From: Acidobacteriota bacterium
Lineage (GTDB): Bacteria > Acidobacteriota > UBA890 > WLXD01
Assembly (NCBI GenBank): GCA_963666055.2
Contig: CAXWPH010000012.1
Location: forward strand, 96,001-160,000
Direction: 5' to 3'
Length of the DNA: 64,000 nucleotides
Made by a program: the position numbers and the translations under genes. Under the pieces are notes generated by a model that had not been told where the DNA came from, did not search any database, and saw nothing but the letters and a program-made list of their open reading frames with translations. This document shows, one piece after another, positions 1 to 9,598 of this stretch. The first letter of the stretch is position 1. Each line of letters begins with the position of its first letter.

Positions 1-61
1 CCCGGCTCGGTGTCTTGGCGCTCGGGGCGAGCTCCATGTCGACCGTTGGAGGAGGAAAGAG

Positions 62-838
62 GTGCGTATCGCGGTGTGCATGAAGGCAGTGGTCGATCCG
101 CAGGCACGCATCGAGCTTGACGCGGACGGGCGGCTCCGCGCCGACAACCTGCACTACGAGGTCAACGAATATGACCTCTACGCCGTTGAGGAAGCGATTC
201 GCCTCGCCGAGGCGAGCGAGGGTGAGGTCACGGCCATCACACTCGGCACCACGGGCGCCATGCAGGGACTTCGCAAGGGCCTGGCGATGGGGGCCGAGGC
301 GGCCATCCACGTGGATTGCGACACGGATCGACTCGACGCCCACGGAACCGCGACGCTCCTGGCCGCCGCACTTGCGGGGGGCAATTTCGACCTCGTGTTG
401 GCAGGAGTCGAATCGGACGACGTTGGCACCTCGCAGGTAGGGGTGCTGCTGGCGGAGGCGCTGGGCTTCGCATCCACCACACTGGTCGTCGGCACCTCGC
501 CGATCGTAGACGGGAAAATGTCGGTACGGCGGGAGCTCGAAGCCGGCGACCACGCTCAGATCGAAATCGAGCTGCCCGCAGTGCTCACCATCCAAACAGG
601 CATCAACGAGCCGCGCTATCCCAGCCTCAGGGGCATCATGGCAGCCAAGCGCAAGGAGCTTAGGGTGGTTACACCATCCGACCTCGCGGTCTCGGACGCG
701 GCGCTAGCGCCGCGCGTAGAAACGCTGCACCTGACGACACCACCAGCGCGGCAGCGCGCCCGCCTAATCGAGGGCACGGCTGCCGAAGCGGCGGCCGAGT
801 TGGTTCGTATCTTGCGCCAAGAGGAGAAGGTGCTGTGA
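62..838 (+). CDS. etfB: Electron transfer flavoprotein beta subunit (EtfB/FixA family)
   Basis: N-terminal MRIAVCMKAV, NEYDLYAVEEA, LAMGAE, INEPRYPSLRGIMAAKRK motifs; GGAGGAGG RBS upstream of the GTG start. Confidence 0.95.
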   Translation: MRIAVCMKAVVDPQARIELDADGRLRADNLHYEVNEYDLYAVEEAIRLAEASEGEVTAITLGTTGAMQGLRKGLAMGAEAAIHVDCDTDRLDAHGTATLLAAALAGGNFDLVLAGVESDDVGTSQVGVLLAEALGFASTTLVVGTSPIVDGKMSVRRELEAGDHAQIEIELPAVLTIQTGINEPRYPSLRGIMAAKRKELRVVTPSDLAVSDAALAPRVETLHLTTPPARQRARLIEGTAAEAAAELVRILRQEEKVL

Positions 839-1791
839 GCCGGACCGTCTGGATCATCGCCGAGCATCAGGAAGGCCGGCTACATCGTGGCGCAGCGGAG
901 CTCTCAACGGCCGGCCGCGCCGTCGGAGATGAGGTCGTGGCCGTCGTTTGTGCCGGCGTAGAGAGCGGCATTGCCGAGCAGGTGGCGCCCTTCGTCGACC
1001 GCGTGCTGTTGATCGAAGACGACGCGCTTGAGGACTACACGGCAGGAGGCTACGCGCAGACCATCGTGACGTTGGCGGAGACGCATTCGCCGGCCGTGAT
1101 TCTGTTACCTCACGCCCCACTCGGACGTGACCTCGGACCGATGCTCGCCGCCCGTCTGTTGACCGGGATGATCAGTGACTGCTTCGCGCTCGAGTGGGAC
1201 GCCGGGCTGGTGGGAACTCGATCCGTATACCGCCGCAAGCTCGTGTCACGCGAGCGCGTCACCACACCTGGAACGGCGGTCGCCACGGTCCAGCGCGGAG
1301 CATTCCTAGCTGCGCCTGCGGGCGACGCCGCACCCGTACAACGTGTCGATGGCGCCATGGATGGCTCCGCGGTACGCACCCGGCTGGTGTCGTTGGATCA
1401 CGCAGCGCCCAGCGAGGAGGACATCACCGACGCCAAGATCGTCGTGGCCGGCGGTCGCGGCCTCGGCGATGCTGACAAGTTCCCTCTGGTGCGGGAGCTG
1501 GCGGAGGCAATCGGCGGCGTCATGGCAGCTTCGCGTCCGGTGGTCGACCAGGGCTGGGTACCGCATGACCGTCAGGTCGGTTCCTCCGGCACGACGGTAC
1601 GACCGCAGCTCTACATCGCGCTGGGGATCTCCGGGGCCATCCAGCACATCGTCGGCATGCGGGAGAGCGACGTGATCGTCGCCATCAACAAGGACGGCCA
1701 GGCTCCCATCTTCGAGTACGCGCACTACGGCATCGTCGATGACCTTTTCAAGGTGGTACCGGCGCTGATCGAGGCACTCAAGGCGGACTAG
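835..1791 (+). CDS. etfA: Electron transfer flavoprotein alpha subunit (EtfA/FixB family)
   Basis: IVVAGGRG, ASRPVVD, QVGSSG, GISGAIQH, AINKD motifs; GTGA overlap with etfB. Confidence 0.95.
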   Translation: MSRTVWIIAEHQEGRLHRGAAELSTAGRAVGDEVVAVVCAGVESGIAEQVAPFVDRVLLIEDDALEDYTAGGYAQTIVTLAETHSPAVILLPHAPLGRDLGPMLAARLLTGMISDCFALEWDAGLVGTRSVYRRKLVSRERVTTPGTAVATVQRGAFLAAPAGDAAPVQRVDGAMDGSAVRTRLVSLDHAAPSEEDITDAKIVVAGGRGLGDADKFPLVRELAEAIGGVMAASRPVVDQGWVPHDRQVGSSGTTVRPQLYIALGISGAIQHIVGMRESDVIVAINKDGQAPIFEYAHYGIVDDLFKVVPALIEALKAD

Positions 1792-1796
1792 CGCGG

Positions 1797-2542
1797 TTAT
1801 CGCGTCACTGACGCCGGCGCTCGATCTCGCGCCGCACGGCGCTGAGCCCTTTCTGCACTCCATCGCGGGCCGTTGCGTACCAGCGGCCCGATAATCGGGC
1901 GCAATAGCAGTGGCCCGCGCCGCGTCAGTATGAGGCTCTCGTTTTCCATAAAGACACCGTCTTCGACCTGCTCGTAGCGCCAACCTGTTCGGATGCGCCA
2001 GAGATAGCCGTCACCCTCGGGCTTCTCGTGCTCGCCAGGCTTGTCGACATCACCGATCTCGCGTATCCGCGACGCGTGGGCCATCGAGAAGACGCGGGTC
2101 GGAGTCAGGCGCTCGTAGCGGACTTCGTGGTAGGTGTCGTAGGTCACGGTGATGATCTTCTTCTGGCGTACCCGCAAATGGACGAGCATCTCGTTGGCGG
2201 AGCGGCGTTCCACGATACGGGCACTCATCACATCGGGGGCAAAGATAGGCGCGTAGGCGTCGTAGTCCTGGGCGATAGCGAGTATCTCCTCGAGGCGTGC
2301 CGAGGGAACGAATGTCGTGCCGATCCAGTGGTGTACCCAGGCGTTCGGATGTTCAGAAAAACATCGGGATCGTTGAGTTCGACCGCTGCCGCATCTGCGG
2401 CAACGGCGGCGTAGCGCTCGAAGGCGGCGAGGGTCTCGCTCGGAATCTCCGCCAAACGCGCCCCCAGCGTCGCCGCTGAGAATGTGGCACCCGCGAAGGC
2501 CACAAGCCCGAGCGTCGCGGGTAAACCGATCCGTGCCGGCAC
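1797..2542 (-). pseudogene. Secreted hypothetical protein split by a frameshift/internal deletion near 2345-2355
   Basis: Frame 1 gives a signal peptide plus AEIPSETLAAFERY...DVFL; another frame continues PNAWVHHWIGTTFVP...QDYDAYAPIFAPDV directly into ORF 1797..2231. Confidence 0.6.
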
Positions 2543-2550
2543 GCCGACGC

Positions 2551-4176
2551 TCAGTCGAGTTCCAGGTTGTCGCCGCGGCTTTGATTGCACAGCTCTTCGA
2601 GCTCCTCGACCGTGCTGATATCGTCCGGCGTCAGATCGACTCTGAGTCTCACGATGCGTGGAAAGCGCAAGGCGAAGCCGCTCGGGTGGCGGCGACTCCG
2701 CCGGATCTCATCGAAGGCAACTTCGAGAACGACCTCCGGGACTAGGCGCCGGATCGAGCCGTCACCCGATAGCGTCTGCTTACGGAAGCGGCGAGTCAAT
2801 TCGCGTATGACGTCGTCTGTGAGGCCACTGTACGCGCGACCGGAATCGAGCAGGCCATCTTCGCCGCGTACCGCGAAGATCAAGTCAGACAGCATCCCGG
2901 CACGCTTGCCGCGCCCCCATTCGGCGCCCGTGACCACGACGTCGATCGTTCCCGCCGGTCGTTTCAGCTTCACCCAGGAGCGGCCGCGTCTGCCGGGCAC
3001 ATAGCGACTCGCGGGATCCTTGAACACCGCCCCTTCGTTGTTGCGCTCCACTGCGGCGGCGAACCACGCAGCGAGCTCACCTTCGGTGCGCAGCAGCTCC
3101 CAAGGGGCGCGCCGCACACATCCATCGATGGGCAGACTGTTCAACGCCTCCTTGCGATGCAACAACGGCGCATCGATCAGGTCCTCGCTGGCGGCGCGGA
3201 GCACGTCGAACGCAAGAAAGACAACCGGGGCGTCGAGCAGTAGGGTCAGTGGCACTTGGTTGCGACCCAGACGGCTTTGCAGCGTGGCAAACGAGAGGCA
3301 GCGATCGTCGAGCCAGGCGACAACCTCGCCGTCGAGGATCCACTCGCCCTCCAGGCCGTCGATCCCGCGGCGTAGCTCGGGGAAGAAATGGGTGAAATCT
3401 TCCAGGGTGCGCGAGTAGAGCCGCTGTTCTCTGGAAGAGACATGCAGCTGAGCGCGGATGCCGTCAAACTTGTCCTCTGCGACGACCGGCGGACTGAGGC
3501 TCTCGAGCACTGCGGCGACACTGTTACAGGGGTGCGCGAGCATGACCCGCACCGGGCGCTGGGCCTGCAAGGATACGGAATCGAGCGTCTCGGACGCGGC
3601 GTGCTCGGCGGCGAATCCGATATCCCCGAGCAGCATATGCGCCCGCCGCACCGCTGCAGCAGGCTGGTCGAATGCCAGTGCGATGGCTTCCTCGACGCGC
3701 GCCGCCTGCACACCGGTACGCAGCGACCCGAGGAGGAGCTTGACGAGGTACTTGGCTTCCAGCGAGGTGACGCGCGCCAGCAGGGCCTGTAATAGCTTTG
3801 TGCGCCGCGTCGCGCCTACCTCGCCGAGTTGTTGCAGCGCCTCGGCAACCTCCGCCAGCGTCAGACGAGGGCCGGCGCGCCGGTGCCCCTCGAGAAGCGC
3901 GCCCACCGCGATCCCAAGGTCGCCCTCCAGGGTTGCCCGCTGCAGCAACTCACGCCGGTCCTGGCCGGCGAAGGCGGCCACTAGATCGATCAGCGTCGAT
4001 CGGCCCACGCGCGTCGCCGGCGTACGAGGGGGTAGGGGAGCACCGGAAAGAAAGCGGGCGGCGGTGGCGACCCGTAGCGCGTCCTGGCTCGCCAGATACG
4101 CAGCCGCAGACCGTACCTTGGCGTCAGTCGAAGCGTGGCCGGAGATGGTTTCCAGCGTCAAAGCCAGAGCACGCAT
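2551..4176 (-). CDS. ATP-dependent DNA ligase (LigB type)
   Basis: Motif I EDKFDGIRAQ, LDGEVV, FDVL, EGAVFK, WVKLK and C-terminal OB-fold ALRFPRI. Confidence 0.95.
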   Translation of the reverse strand: MRALALTLETISGHASTDAKVRSAAAYLASQDALRVATAARFLSGAPLPPRTPATRVGRSTLIDLVAAFAGQDRRELLQRATLEGDLGIAVGALLEGHRRAGPRLTLAEVAEALQQLGEVGATRRTKLLQALLARVTSLEAKYLVKLLLGSLRTGVQAARVEEAIALAFDQPAAAVRRAHMLLGDIGFAAEHAASETLDSVSLQAQRPVRVMLAHPCNSVAAVLESLSPPVVAEDKFDGIRAQLHVSSREQRLYSRTLEDFTHFFPELRRGIDGLEGEWILDGEVVAWLDDRCLSFATLQSRLGRNQVPLTLLLDAPVVFLAFDVLRAASEDLIDAPLLHRKEALNSLPIDGCVRRAPWELLRTEGELAAWFAAAVERNNEGAVFKDPASRYVPGRRGRSWVKLKRPAGTIDVVVTGAEWGRGKRAGMLSDLIFAVRGEDGLLDSGRAYSGLTDDVIRELTRRFRKQTLSGDGSIRRLVPEVVLEVAFDEIRRSRRHPSGFALRFPRIVRLRVDLTPDDISTVEELEELCNQSRGDNLELD

Positions 4177-4295
4177 GGGCGCGCACTCTAACCAACCAAG
4201 GGAAACGCCGCAACAGAACCTCGTGCGCCGCCCCCGCCGAGAGTTAGCCCAGTCGCTGAACTACGCGTGCCGGCGGCGGCGCGCCGCGGTCCAGC

Positions 4296-5690
4296 TCAGG
4301 GGCCGCCGCCGCCGGCAACTACGGCGGTGCGGGCCGCCTGTCCGGCACGCAGCTTGTTGAACCAGCGATCGCGCTGTTCGACAAACCCATCCCAGTTAGC
4401 CGGAGGAATGGGATCAGCGGATGGTAGCTGAAGCCTCGCCGGATCAACGTAGCGGTCGCCCTGCTCGAGGCCGTAGTGCAGGTGATACCCCGTGGCGTTA
4501 CCGCTCCTGCCGACATATCCGATGGTCTGCCCCTGCTTGACCTGGACGCCCCGCTTGATGCCGCTGTGGATTCGCGACATGTGCATGTAGACCGAGCTGT
4601 ACGAGCCACCGTGTCTGATCTTCACGTAGCGGCCTGGCTCGCGGCCGTATGCGGCCTCCTGGATCACGCCGTCCGCGGTGGCAACGATTTCCGTCCCCGG
4701 ATCGGCGACATAGTCCACACCGCGGTGAGCGCGCGCCACGCCGGTAACCGGATGAACGCGTCGCAGGCTGAAGCGAGAGCTGATGCGTGTGAAGCGCACC
4801 GGAGACCGGAGGAACGCGCGGCGTAACGAGGCGCCCTCTGGCGTGAAGTACTGGTCGTTGCCTTCTGCACCGAGATATCGCACTACCGGGAGCGTACGAC
4901 CGCCGACCTTGAACTCCGACGCCAGAACTCGCCCATAGCCGAGGAACTGATCCTCCACGAAGCGCTCCTCGACGACCAGGTCGAGCCGGTCGCCGACTTG
5001 TAGGTCGTAGTTGAAGTCGACGTCCCATCCATAGAGGTCACCGATCTTCAGCAACAGGTCGTTGATCGAGCGTCCGGGCGGAGCGTTGTGAGCGAGCGCC
5101 GAGTGCAGGTTGTTGACGATCTCGGCGGTGACGAACGCCGGACGGATCTCCACGGGAATGACCACCTTGCTGGTTGTCCACTCCGGGCCTTCGCGCGCCA
5201 CGAACCAGGCCGTCTGGCGGTCGACTTGATAGCGCATTGCCGCCAGCTTGTCGTCGGCGTCGAAGTAAAGGTGGTACTCCTGACCTGGACGGATGCGACG
5301 CAGGTCGATCGAATCGGACGCCGCGCGCACCACCGCGGCCGAGGTATTGGCACTGACCCCGGCTCGCCGCAGCTCGCCATCGAGCGTGTTGCCGCTGGCG
5401 AACCGCTCGTGAACTACACGTTGAGCCGTGAGTGCCACCGACTGCGGCCATGGGCGTGGCACCTCGGGCGCCGGGAAGATGGCGCTGGTCAACGGCGCGT
5501 ATGGCGACGAGATCGGCTTCGCGGGCAGCACCAGCAGCGCTGCCCAGCCGAGAAGCACCGCCCCCAGCGTGGCGACCGGCCACCGTAACGCCAAGTCGTT
5601 GTCGGACTCGTAGGTCAGCCGCAGGCGCACAGATTTGAACGCATCGATGGTGAGGCGCAATTTCAGGCTCTGGCGCTGCGGTGAGGGCAA
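4296..5690 (-). CDS. M23 family peptidoglycan DD-metalloendopeptidase (MepM-like); start uncertain
   Basis: HRGVD and GYHLHY zinc motifs, N-terminal TM segment, ISSRFSLRRVHPV. Confidence 0.92.
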   Translation of the reverse strand: MPSPQRQSLKLRLTIDAFKSVRLRLTYESDNDLALRWPVATLGAVLLGWAALLVLPAKPISSPYAPLTSAIFPAPEVPRPWPQSVALTAQRVVHERFASGNTLDGELRRAGVSANTSAAVVRAASDSIDLRRIRPGQEYHLYFDADDKLAAMRYQVDRQTAWFVAREGPEWTTSKVVIPVEIRPAFVTAEIVNNLHSALAHNAPPGRSINDLLLKIGDLYGWDVDFNYDLQVGDRLDLVVEERFVEDQFLGYGRVLASEFKVGGRTLPVVRYLGAEGNDQYFTPEGASLRRAFLRSPVRFTRISSRFSLRRVHPVTGVARAHRGVDYVADPGTEIVATADGVIQEAAYGREPGRYVKIRHGGSYSSVYMHMSRIHSGIKRGVQVKQGQTIGYVGRSGNATGYHLHYGLEQGDRYVDPARLQLPSADPIPPANWDGFVEQRDRWFNKLRAGQAARTAVVAGGGGP

Positions 5691-5738
5691 ATGAACTCAG
5701 CCGATGCAAGGCGGTGGGGGTTGCGTTGCGAATCGCGG

Positions 5739-5771
5739 CACCAATTATATGGTGGCGCCCACGACACGCAA
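5739..5771 (-). promoter_or_regulatory. Putative sigma70 promoter of the M23 gene (TTGCGT-16-TATAAT) with the -10 inside an imperfect palindrome CACCA-N6-TGGTG
   Basis: Perfect TATAAT on the minus strand at 5744-5749, -35-like hexamer at 5766-5771, in a divergent intergenic region. Confidence 0.5.
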
Positions 5772-5904
5772 CTCTGGCAGAGCCGCACCGCGTAGTTGGT
5801 CGAGAGGGGGCGAAGGGCGCGAGGGGTATTGCTTCTCCTACGCCGGAGTTGCTTCAATGGCACATGTGACGGTGAGTTCTTCCTGCGAGTGAGAGGTTCA
5901 AGAC

Positions 5905-7116
5905 GTGTCAGCACGGAAAATAGCTCTGGCTGTGGCCGGCTTCGCGCTTACTTGCGGACTGCACGGCAGTGTCGCCGCGCAGCCGGCCTTGGTACAGGAG
6001 AGCGGCAACCGTTTCCAGGACCTGCTGCCGCTTGACGACTTCTCACCGGCCCTCCTCGGGATCTACCGCAAGATGATGGAGATCGAGGACGTGATCAAGG
6101 GGCACGCCGACCGCTACGGGGTTGACTACGAGCTCGCCCGCGCAACTTGCATGTATGAGTCGGGCGGTAACGCGAACCTGACCTCCTGGGCAGGCGCCAA
6201 AGGTTATTTCCAGGTGATGCCCGCGACCTTCCGCTCGCTTCGCGTGGAAACCAACATCGAGGCCGGCATCAAGTACATCGGCCAGATGGTGGAACGGTTC
6301 GATCGCGAGGACTACGCGCTGGCGGCCTACAACGGGGGCCCGACCAGCGTCGGTCGCAGTCGACCAATGCGACTCGAGTCGCTGCAGTACGTGCTCGGCG
6401 TCGGCTACTACCGCACCATGCTGAAGCTCCACGAGCGCTCAATTCGGCAACATGCCTCCGCATTGGGGCTCACTACTGTGGGGCAGGGGGAGGACTGGTG
6501 GGCGCTCTCGGAGCGACTCGGTCTCACCCTCCTGCAGTTGCGATTGCATAACCCGTACCTGGCACGGCGAACCCTGCGCGAAGGGCAGCTGATCGCCTAC
6601 CCGCCGGCACCTCGTAACAACCTTTATCGGGTCGACGGCACTTTCCTGGAGTACCGCTCGCGGCTCGGCGACAACTACTTCAACATCGCCTTCTCGCTCG
6701 ACATCGACCTCGATGAACTGCGGGCGGAGAACTCGCTCTGGCACCTGCAAACGCTTGCCGCCGGAACGTTGCTCAGGATCCCACTCAGCTGGGAGAGCGA
6801 TCACAAGATACGCGAGGTCAAACCGAACGAGACCTTGGCCGAGATCGCCGAGGACACGGACTCCAGCCCGTGGCGCTTGGTGCGCGACAACGGCCTGTGG
6901 AGCCAGACCGTCACCCCGGGCACGCTGTTGCGTGTGCGGACCGTTCCGGCGCGGCCCGCCTACGTCGTCCATCGCGTTACTCGGGGCGAGAATCTGACCA
7001 CCATCTCGCGGCGCTACGGGGCTACGATCGCCGCGATCCAAGGGGCTAACAACATGGGGCGCCGGACGGTTATCCGAATCGGCCAGCAGCTGCGGATTCC
7101 GAGTCGAGCGAGGTAG
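5905..7116 (+). CDS. Lytic transglycosylase (SLT domain) with multiple LysM domains
   Basis: Signal peptide; YESGG, GYFQVM, AYNGG SLT motifs; LysM repeats such as HRVTRGENLTTISRRYG...IGQQLRIP. Confidence 0.92.
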   Translation: MSARKIALAVAGFALTCGLHGSVAAQPALVQESGNRFQDLLPLDDFSPALLGIYRKMMEIEDVIKGHADRYGVDYELARATCMYESGGNANLTSWAGAKGYFQVMPATFRSLRVETNIEAGIKYIGQMVERFDREDYALAAYNGGPTSVGRSRPMRLESLQYVLGVGYYRTMLKLHERSIRQHASALGLTTVGQGEDWWALSERLGLTLLQLRLHNPYLARRTLREGQLIAYPPAPRNNLYRVDGTFLEYRSRLGDNYFNIAFSLDIDLDELRAENSLWHLQTLAAGTLLRIPLSWESDHKIREVKPNETLAEIAEDTDSSPWRLVRDNGLWSQTVTPGTLLRVRTVPARPAYVVHRVTRGENLTTISRRYGATIAAIQGANNMGRRTVIRIGQQLRIPSRAR

Positions 7117-7184
7117 GGATCTGCGCCTCGCTTTCGACGGCCACCTTGGCCCAGCATCGCCTTGGCCTGACAATCGCGGCCGTG

Positions 7185-7219
7185 GCCTCTTTCGGGGGCG
7201 CTCTTTCTCTTCTTGTTTT
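7185..7219 (+). terminator. Possible intrinsic terminator after the SLT-LysM gene
   Basis: Short GC hairpin GCCTC-TTTCG-GGGGC followed by a pyrimidine/T-rich tract. Confidence 0.35.
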
Positions 7220-8716
7220 ATGATAAAGAACCTTATGGAAACTAAACAACTCGACCCTGCACGCCGCTGCGGCCGACCGTCCTGCAGGTGGCGTCTCACC
7301 CTCATGACCGCCGCTACCCTGGTGCTCACAGGCCCCCTGGTGGCCCAGGAAGCGCCGCCGACGTTCTTTGGCGGCATCCAGGTCAACGAACCCGACCACG
7401 ATCGCTGGATGGCAGCGCTCGCCGACGCCGGCCTCGACTCTGTCCAGGTCACCCTTTACGCCCGCCACCAGCGCTGGGACGAGGCGGCGCTCTACTGGGA
7501 TCGTGAGGCTCCCTGGGTGGTTTCCGAAATCCGCGCCGCGAAACGCGCCGGGTTGCGGGTCATGTTGGTGATGCGCATCGCCCTCGAGCACGGCCTCGCC
7601 GCCAATCGCCATCTGTGGCACGGGATGATCTGGCCACGCCAGGATCAGCTACAGGCTTGGTTTGATAGCTATTCCGAGTTCGCGCTCTGGGGAGCCGGCA
7701 TCGCCGCGCAAGAGGATGTCGACCTGTTCGTGATCGGCAACGAGCTCAGCTCGCTGACCTCTACGACGCTGCTCGAGGCCCTCCCCGAGCTTTACGCATA
7801 TTTTCTCGACCCGGTCAGCGTGGGGGCCGTCCGCGACGATCTTCTTCGCTGCGCGGCGCGTGCTGAAGCGGGCGGGCTGGCGCATCTCGACGGGGGGCGC
7901 GCTGACGATCTCGAGACCGTTCTCCGAAACGAGGAGCGCGTGCGCCGCGCCTGGACGCTACAGACGCTCGGAGGCTCCGGCGTGGGTCTGGAGCGTCTGA
8001 ACTCCCGCCGGGCGCGCTACGAGGCCTTCTGGCGCGATCTCGTGACGCAGGTGCGCCGGCGCTACAACGGCTTGGTGAGTTACGGCGCCAACTTCGATCA
8101 GTTCCAGGAGGTCGGATTCTGGGACGTTCTCGACTTCGTAGCGGTCAACGCTTACTTCCCGCTGAGCGTCTATGGCCTCGAGCCTGAGGCACGCGTCGAC
8201 CGTATGGCGAGCGCCTGGCGCCGTATCGCCGCCGAGCTGGCGCTGGTTGGCGACTCCCGCCCCGTGGTCTTGGTCGAGCTGGGGTGGACCCGGCGGCTCG
8301 GCAGTACCGTCCGCCCGTACTCCTATGACCGCCTCGAGGTGCTCGAAACAGCGGGTACAGACGACAGGCGGACCTGCGTCTATTGGGACTCGCAGCCCAA
8401 CGACGCTGGCGAGCGCGTGGCGGCGTTGCAGGCGCTCGCCGACGTGGTGCGCTCCGGTGGCTTCCAGACTTTGCGCGGCTTCACACTCTGGAAGCTGACC
8501 ACGCGCGTCGAGGATCGCGCCATCGAGCCCTTCGCGGCCTTCTTGCAACCGGGGTCCGGCTACCCGCACATCGGATGGCGGGACTTGACCACGAGCCAAC
8601 ACGACGAGCTCGACGCCGCCTATGTGGGGCTCGCCGCCGCCATCGCCGGCGAGGTGCGAGGCCGCTCGGGTGGCTGGCATAATGACAATATCAATCTCGA
8701 AAACGGGCAGGAGTGA
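7220..8716 (+). CDS. Secreted TIM-barrel glycoside hydrolase-like protein (GH113/clan GH-A-like); start may be 7235 or 7304
   Basis: IRAAKRAGLRVML, IGNE (acid/base), SYGANFD, FWDVLDFVAVNAYFPL, LVELG (nucleophile). Confidence 0.7.
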   Translation: MIKNLMETKQLDPARRCGRPSCRWRLTLMTAATLVLTGPLVAQEAPPTFFGGIQVNEPDHDRWMAALADAGLDSVQVTLYARHQRWDEAALYWDREAPWVVSEIRAAKRAGLRVMLVMRIALEHGLAANRHLWHGMIWPRQDQLQAWFDSYSEFALWGAGIAAQEDVDLFVIGNELSSLTSTTLLEALPELYAYFLDPVSVGAVRDDLLRCAARAEAGGLAHLDGGRADDLETVLRNEERVRRAWTLQTLGGSGVGLERLNSRRARYEAFWRDLVTQVRRRYNGLVSYGANFDQFQEVGFWDVLDFVAVNAYFPLSVYGLEPEARVDRMASAWRRIAAELALVGDSRPVVLVELGWTRRLGSTVRPYSYDRLEVLETAGTDDRRTCVYWDSQPNDAGERVAALQALADVVRSGGFQTLRGFTLWKLTTRVEDRAIEPFAAFLQPGSGYPHIGWRDLTTSQHDELDAAYVGLAAAIAGEVRGRSGGWHNDNINLENGQE

Positions 8717-9144
8717 TGCGGTTGCGCAAAGGTCGAATGGTATTGATCGGTGTCGGAGGTTTCATCCTGCTAGCGGCTTCCACGCTGCTGCTGAGCGCCA
8801 ACAGCGAGACAGCGCCGCCGCGGCCTGTCACCCAGCAACAGGTCGATGCCCAGGTACTCGAGCTCGGCCGAGAGCTCTACACCGACCAGTGCCAGCCGTG
8901 TCACGGCGACGACGGCAAGGGCGCCGGCCCGGCGGCCCGGTTTCTGGCGACGCCGCCACGCGACCTCACCGCTGGCGTCTGGACCCATATGGAATCGACC
9001 ACCCTCGAAGAGATGATCGCGGCAACCGCGAAGGGTATCCCCGACACCGACATGGAACCCTTCGAGGAGCTGCTCACCGAGGACGAGATCTTCGCCGTCG
9101 CCGCCTACGTTCTGAAAGCCTTCACTGAGGAAGAGTCGCCCTAG
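8716..9144 (+). CDS. Membrane-anchored monoheme cytochrome c
   Basis: CQPCH heme motif, HGDDGKGAGP, PRDLT, GIPDTDMEPF with axial Met; TGATG overlap with the upstream gene. Confidence 0.92.
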   Translation: MRLRKGRMVLIGVGGFILLAASTLLLSANSETAPPRPVTQQQVDAQVLELGRELYTDQCQPCHGDDGKGAGPAARFLATPPRDLTAGVWTHMESTTLEEMIAATAKGIPDTDMEPFEELLTEDEIFAVAAYVLKAFTEEESP

Positions 9145-9316
9145 CAGGCCGTGGTGAAAGTGTGGTGGGTAACCCTTCGGGCGACAGGGGGTTGCGCGCG
9201 TATGCTGCGTCGTTCCTCGTCAACGATGGGGTAACCATCGCCTCCTCCTCTCTCCTTGCCTCCACTTCGCAAGACCCTGTCGCCAGACCCACCCCACTTT
9301 CACCAGGGCCTGCTAG
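9141..9316. mobile_element. 176-bp palindromic MITE/REP-like element with ~30-bp terminal inverted repeats bounded by CTAG
   Basis: 9141-9170 CTAGCAGGCCGTGGTGAAAGTGTGGTGGGT pairs with 9287-9316; inner IR 9180-9196/9268-9284; central hairpin CGATGG-GGTAA-CCATCG; no coding capacity. Confidence 0.75.
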
Positions 9317-9401
9317 CCGGCCCTGGTGAAGCACGGGCCAGACTGATCGTCTTGGCGCGTCACCGGGAGCTGGCCGTACTTGACCTCCCGACGATCGGGT
9401 C

Positions 9402-9431
9402 TTGACAGTCCCACATGGTGGCGAACACAAT
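9402..9431 (+). promoter_or_regulatory. Putative sigma70 promoter of rho (TTGACA-18-CACAAT)
   Basis: Consensus -35 at 9402-9407 and -10-like CACAAT at 9426-9431, about 170 nt before the rho ATG. Confidence 0.6.
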
Positions 9432-9598
9432 GGCCTCAATCGGCCAGGCGCCCAGGTTTCTCAACACGGTCGGCGCCGGCCCCTCCCGAGTCACTGCCCG
9501 CCCGGATCGAGTGTGTCCGAGCGCCATCGGGTCGCTGAGCTTTCCGCGAATCACGAGAGGAGCGCGATCCGACTTTCTCCCAACCGGGGCTTCACTCC

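Noticed and set aside
2551-4176. Ligase plus PolX as a non-homologous end-joining system
   Set aside because: No Ku or LigD domains in the window, the two genes are over 20 kb apart, and PolX appears polymerase-dead
5739-5754. CACCA-N6-TGGTG as a second site for the LexA-like operator
   Set aside because: Similar half-sites, but the spacer is 6 rather than 10 bp; kept only as a promoter feature
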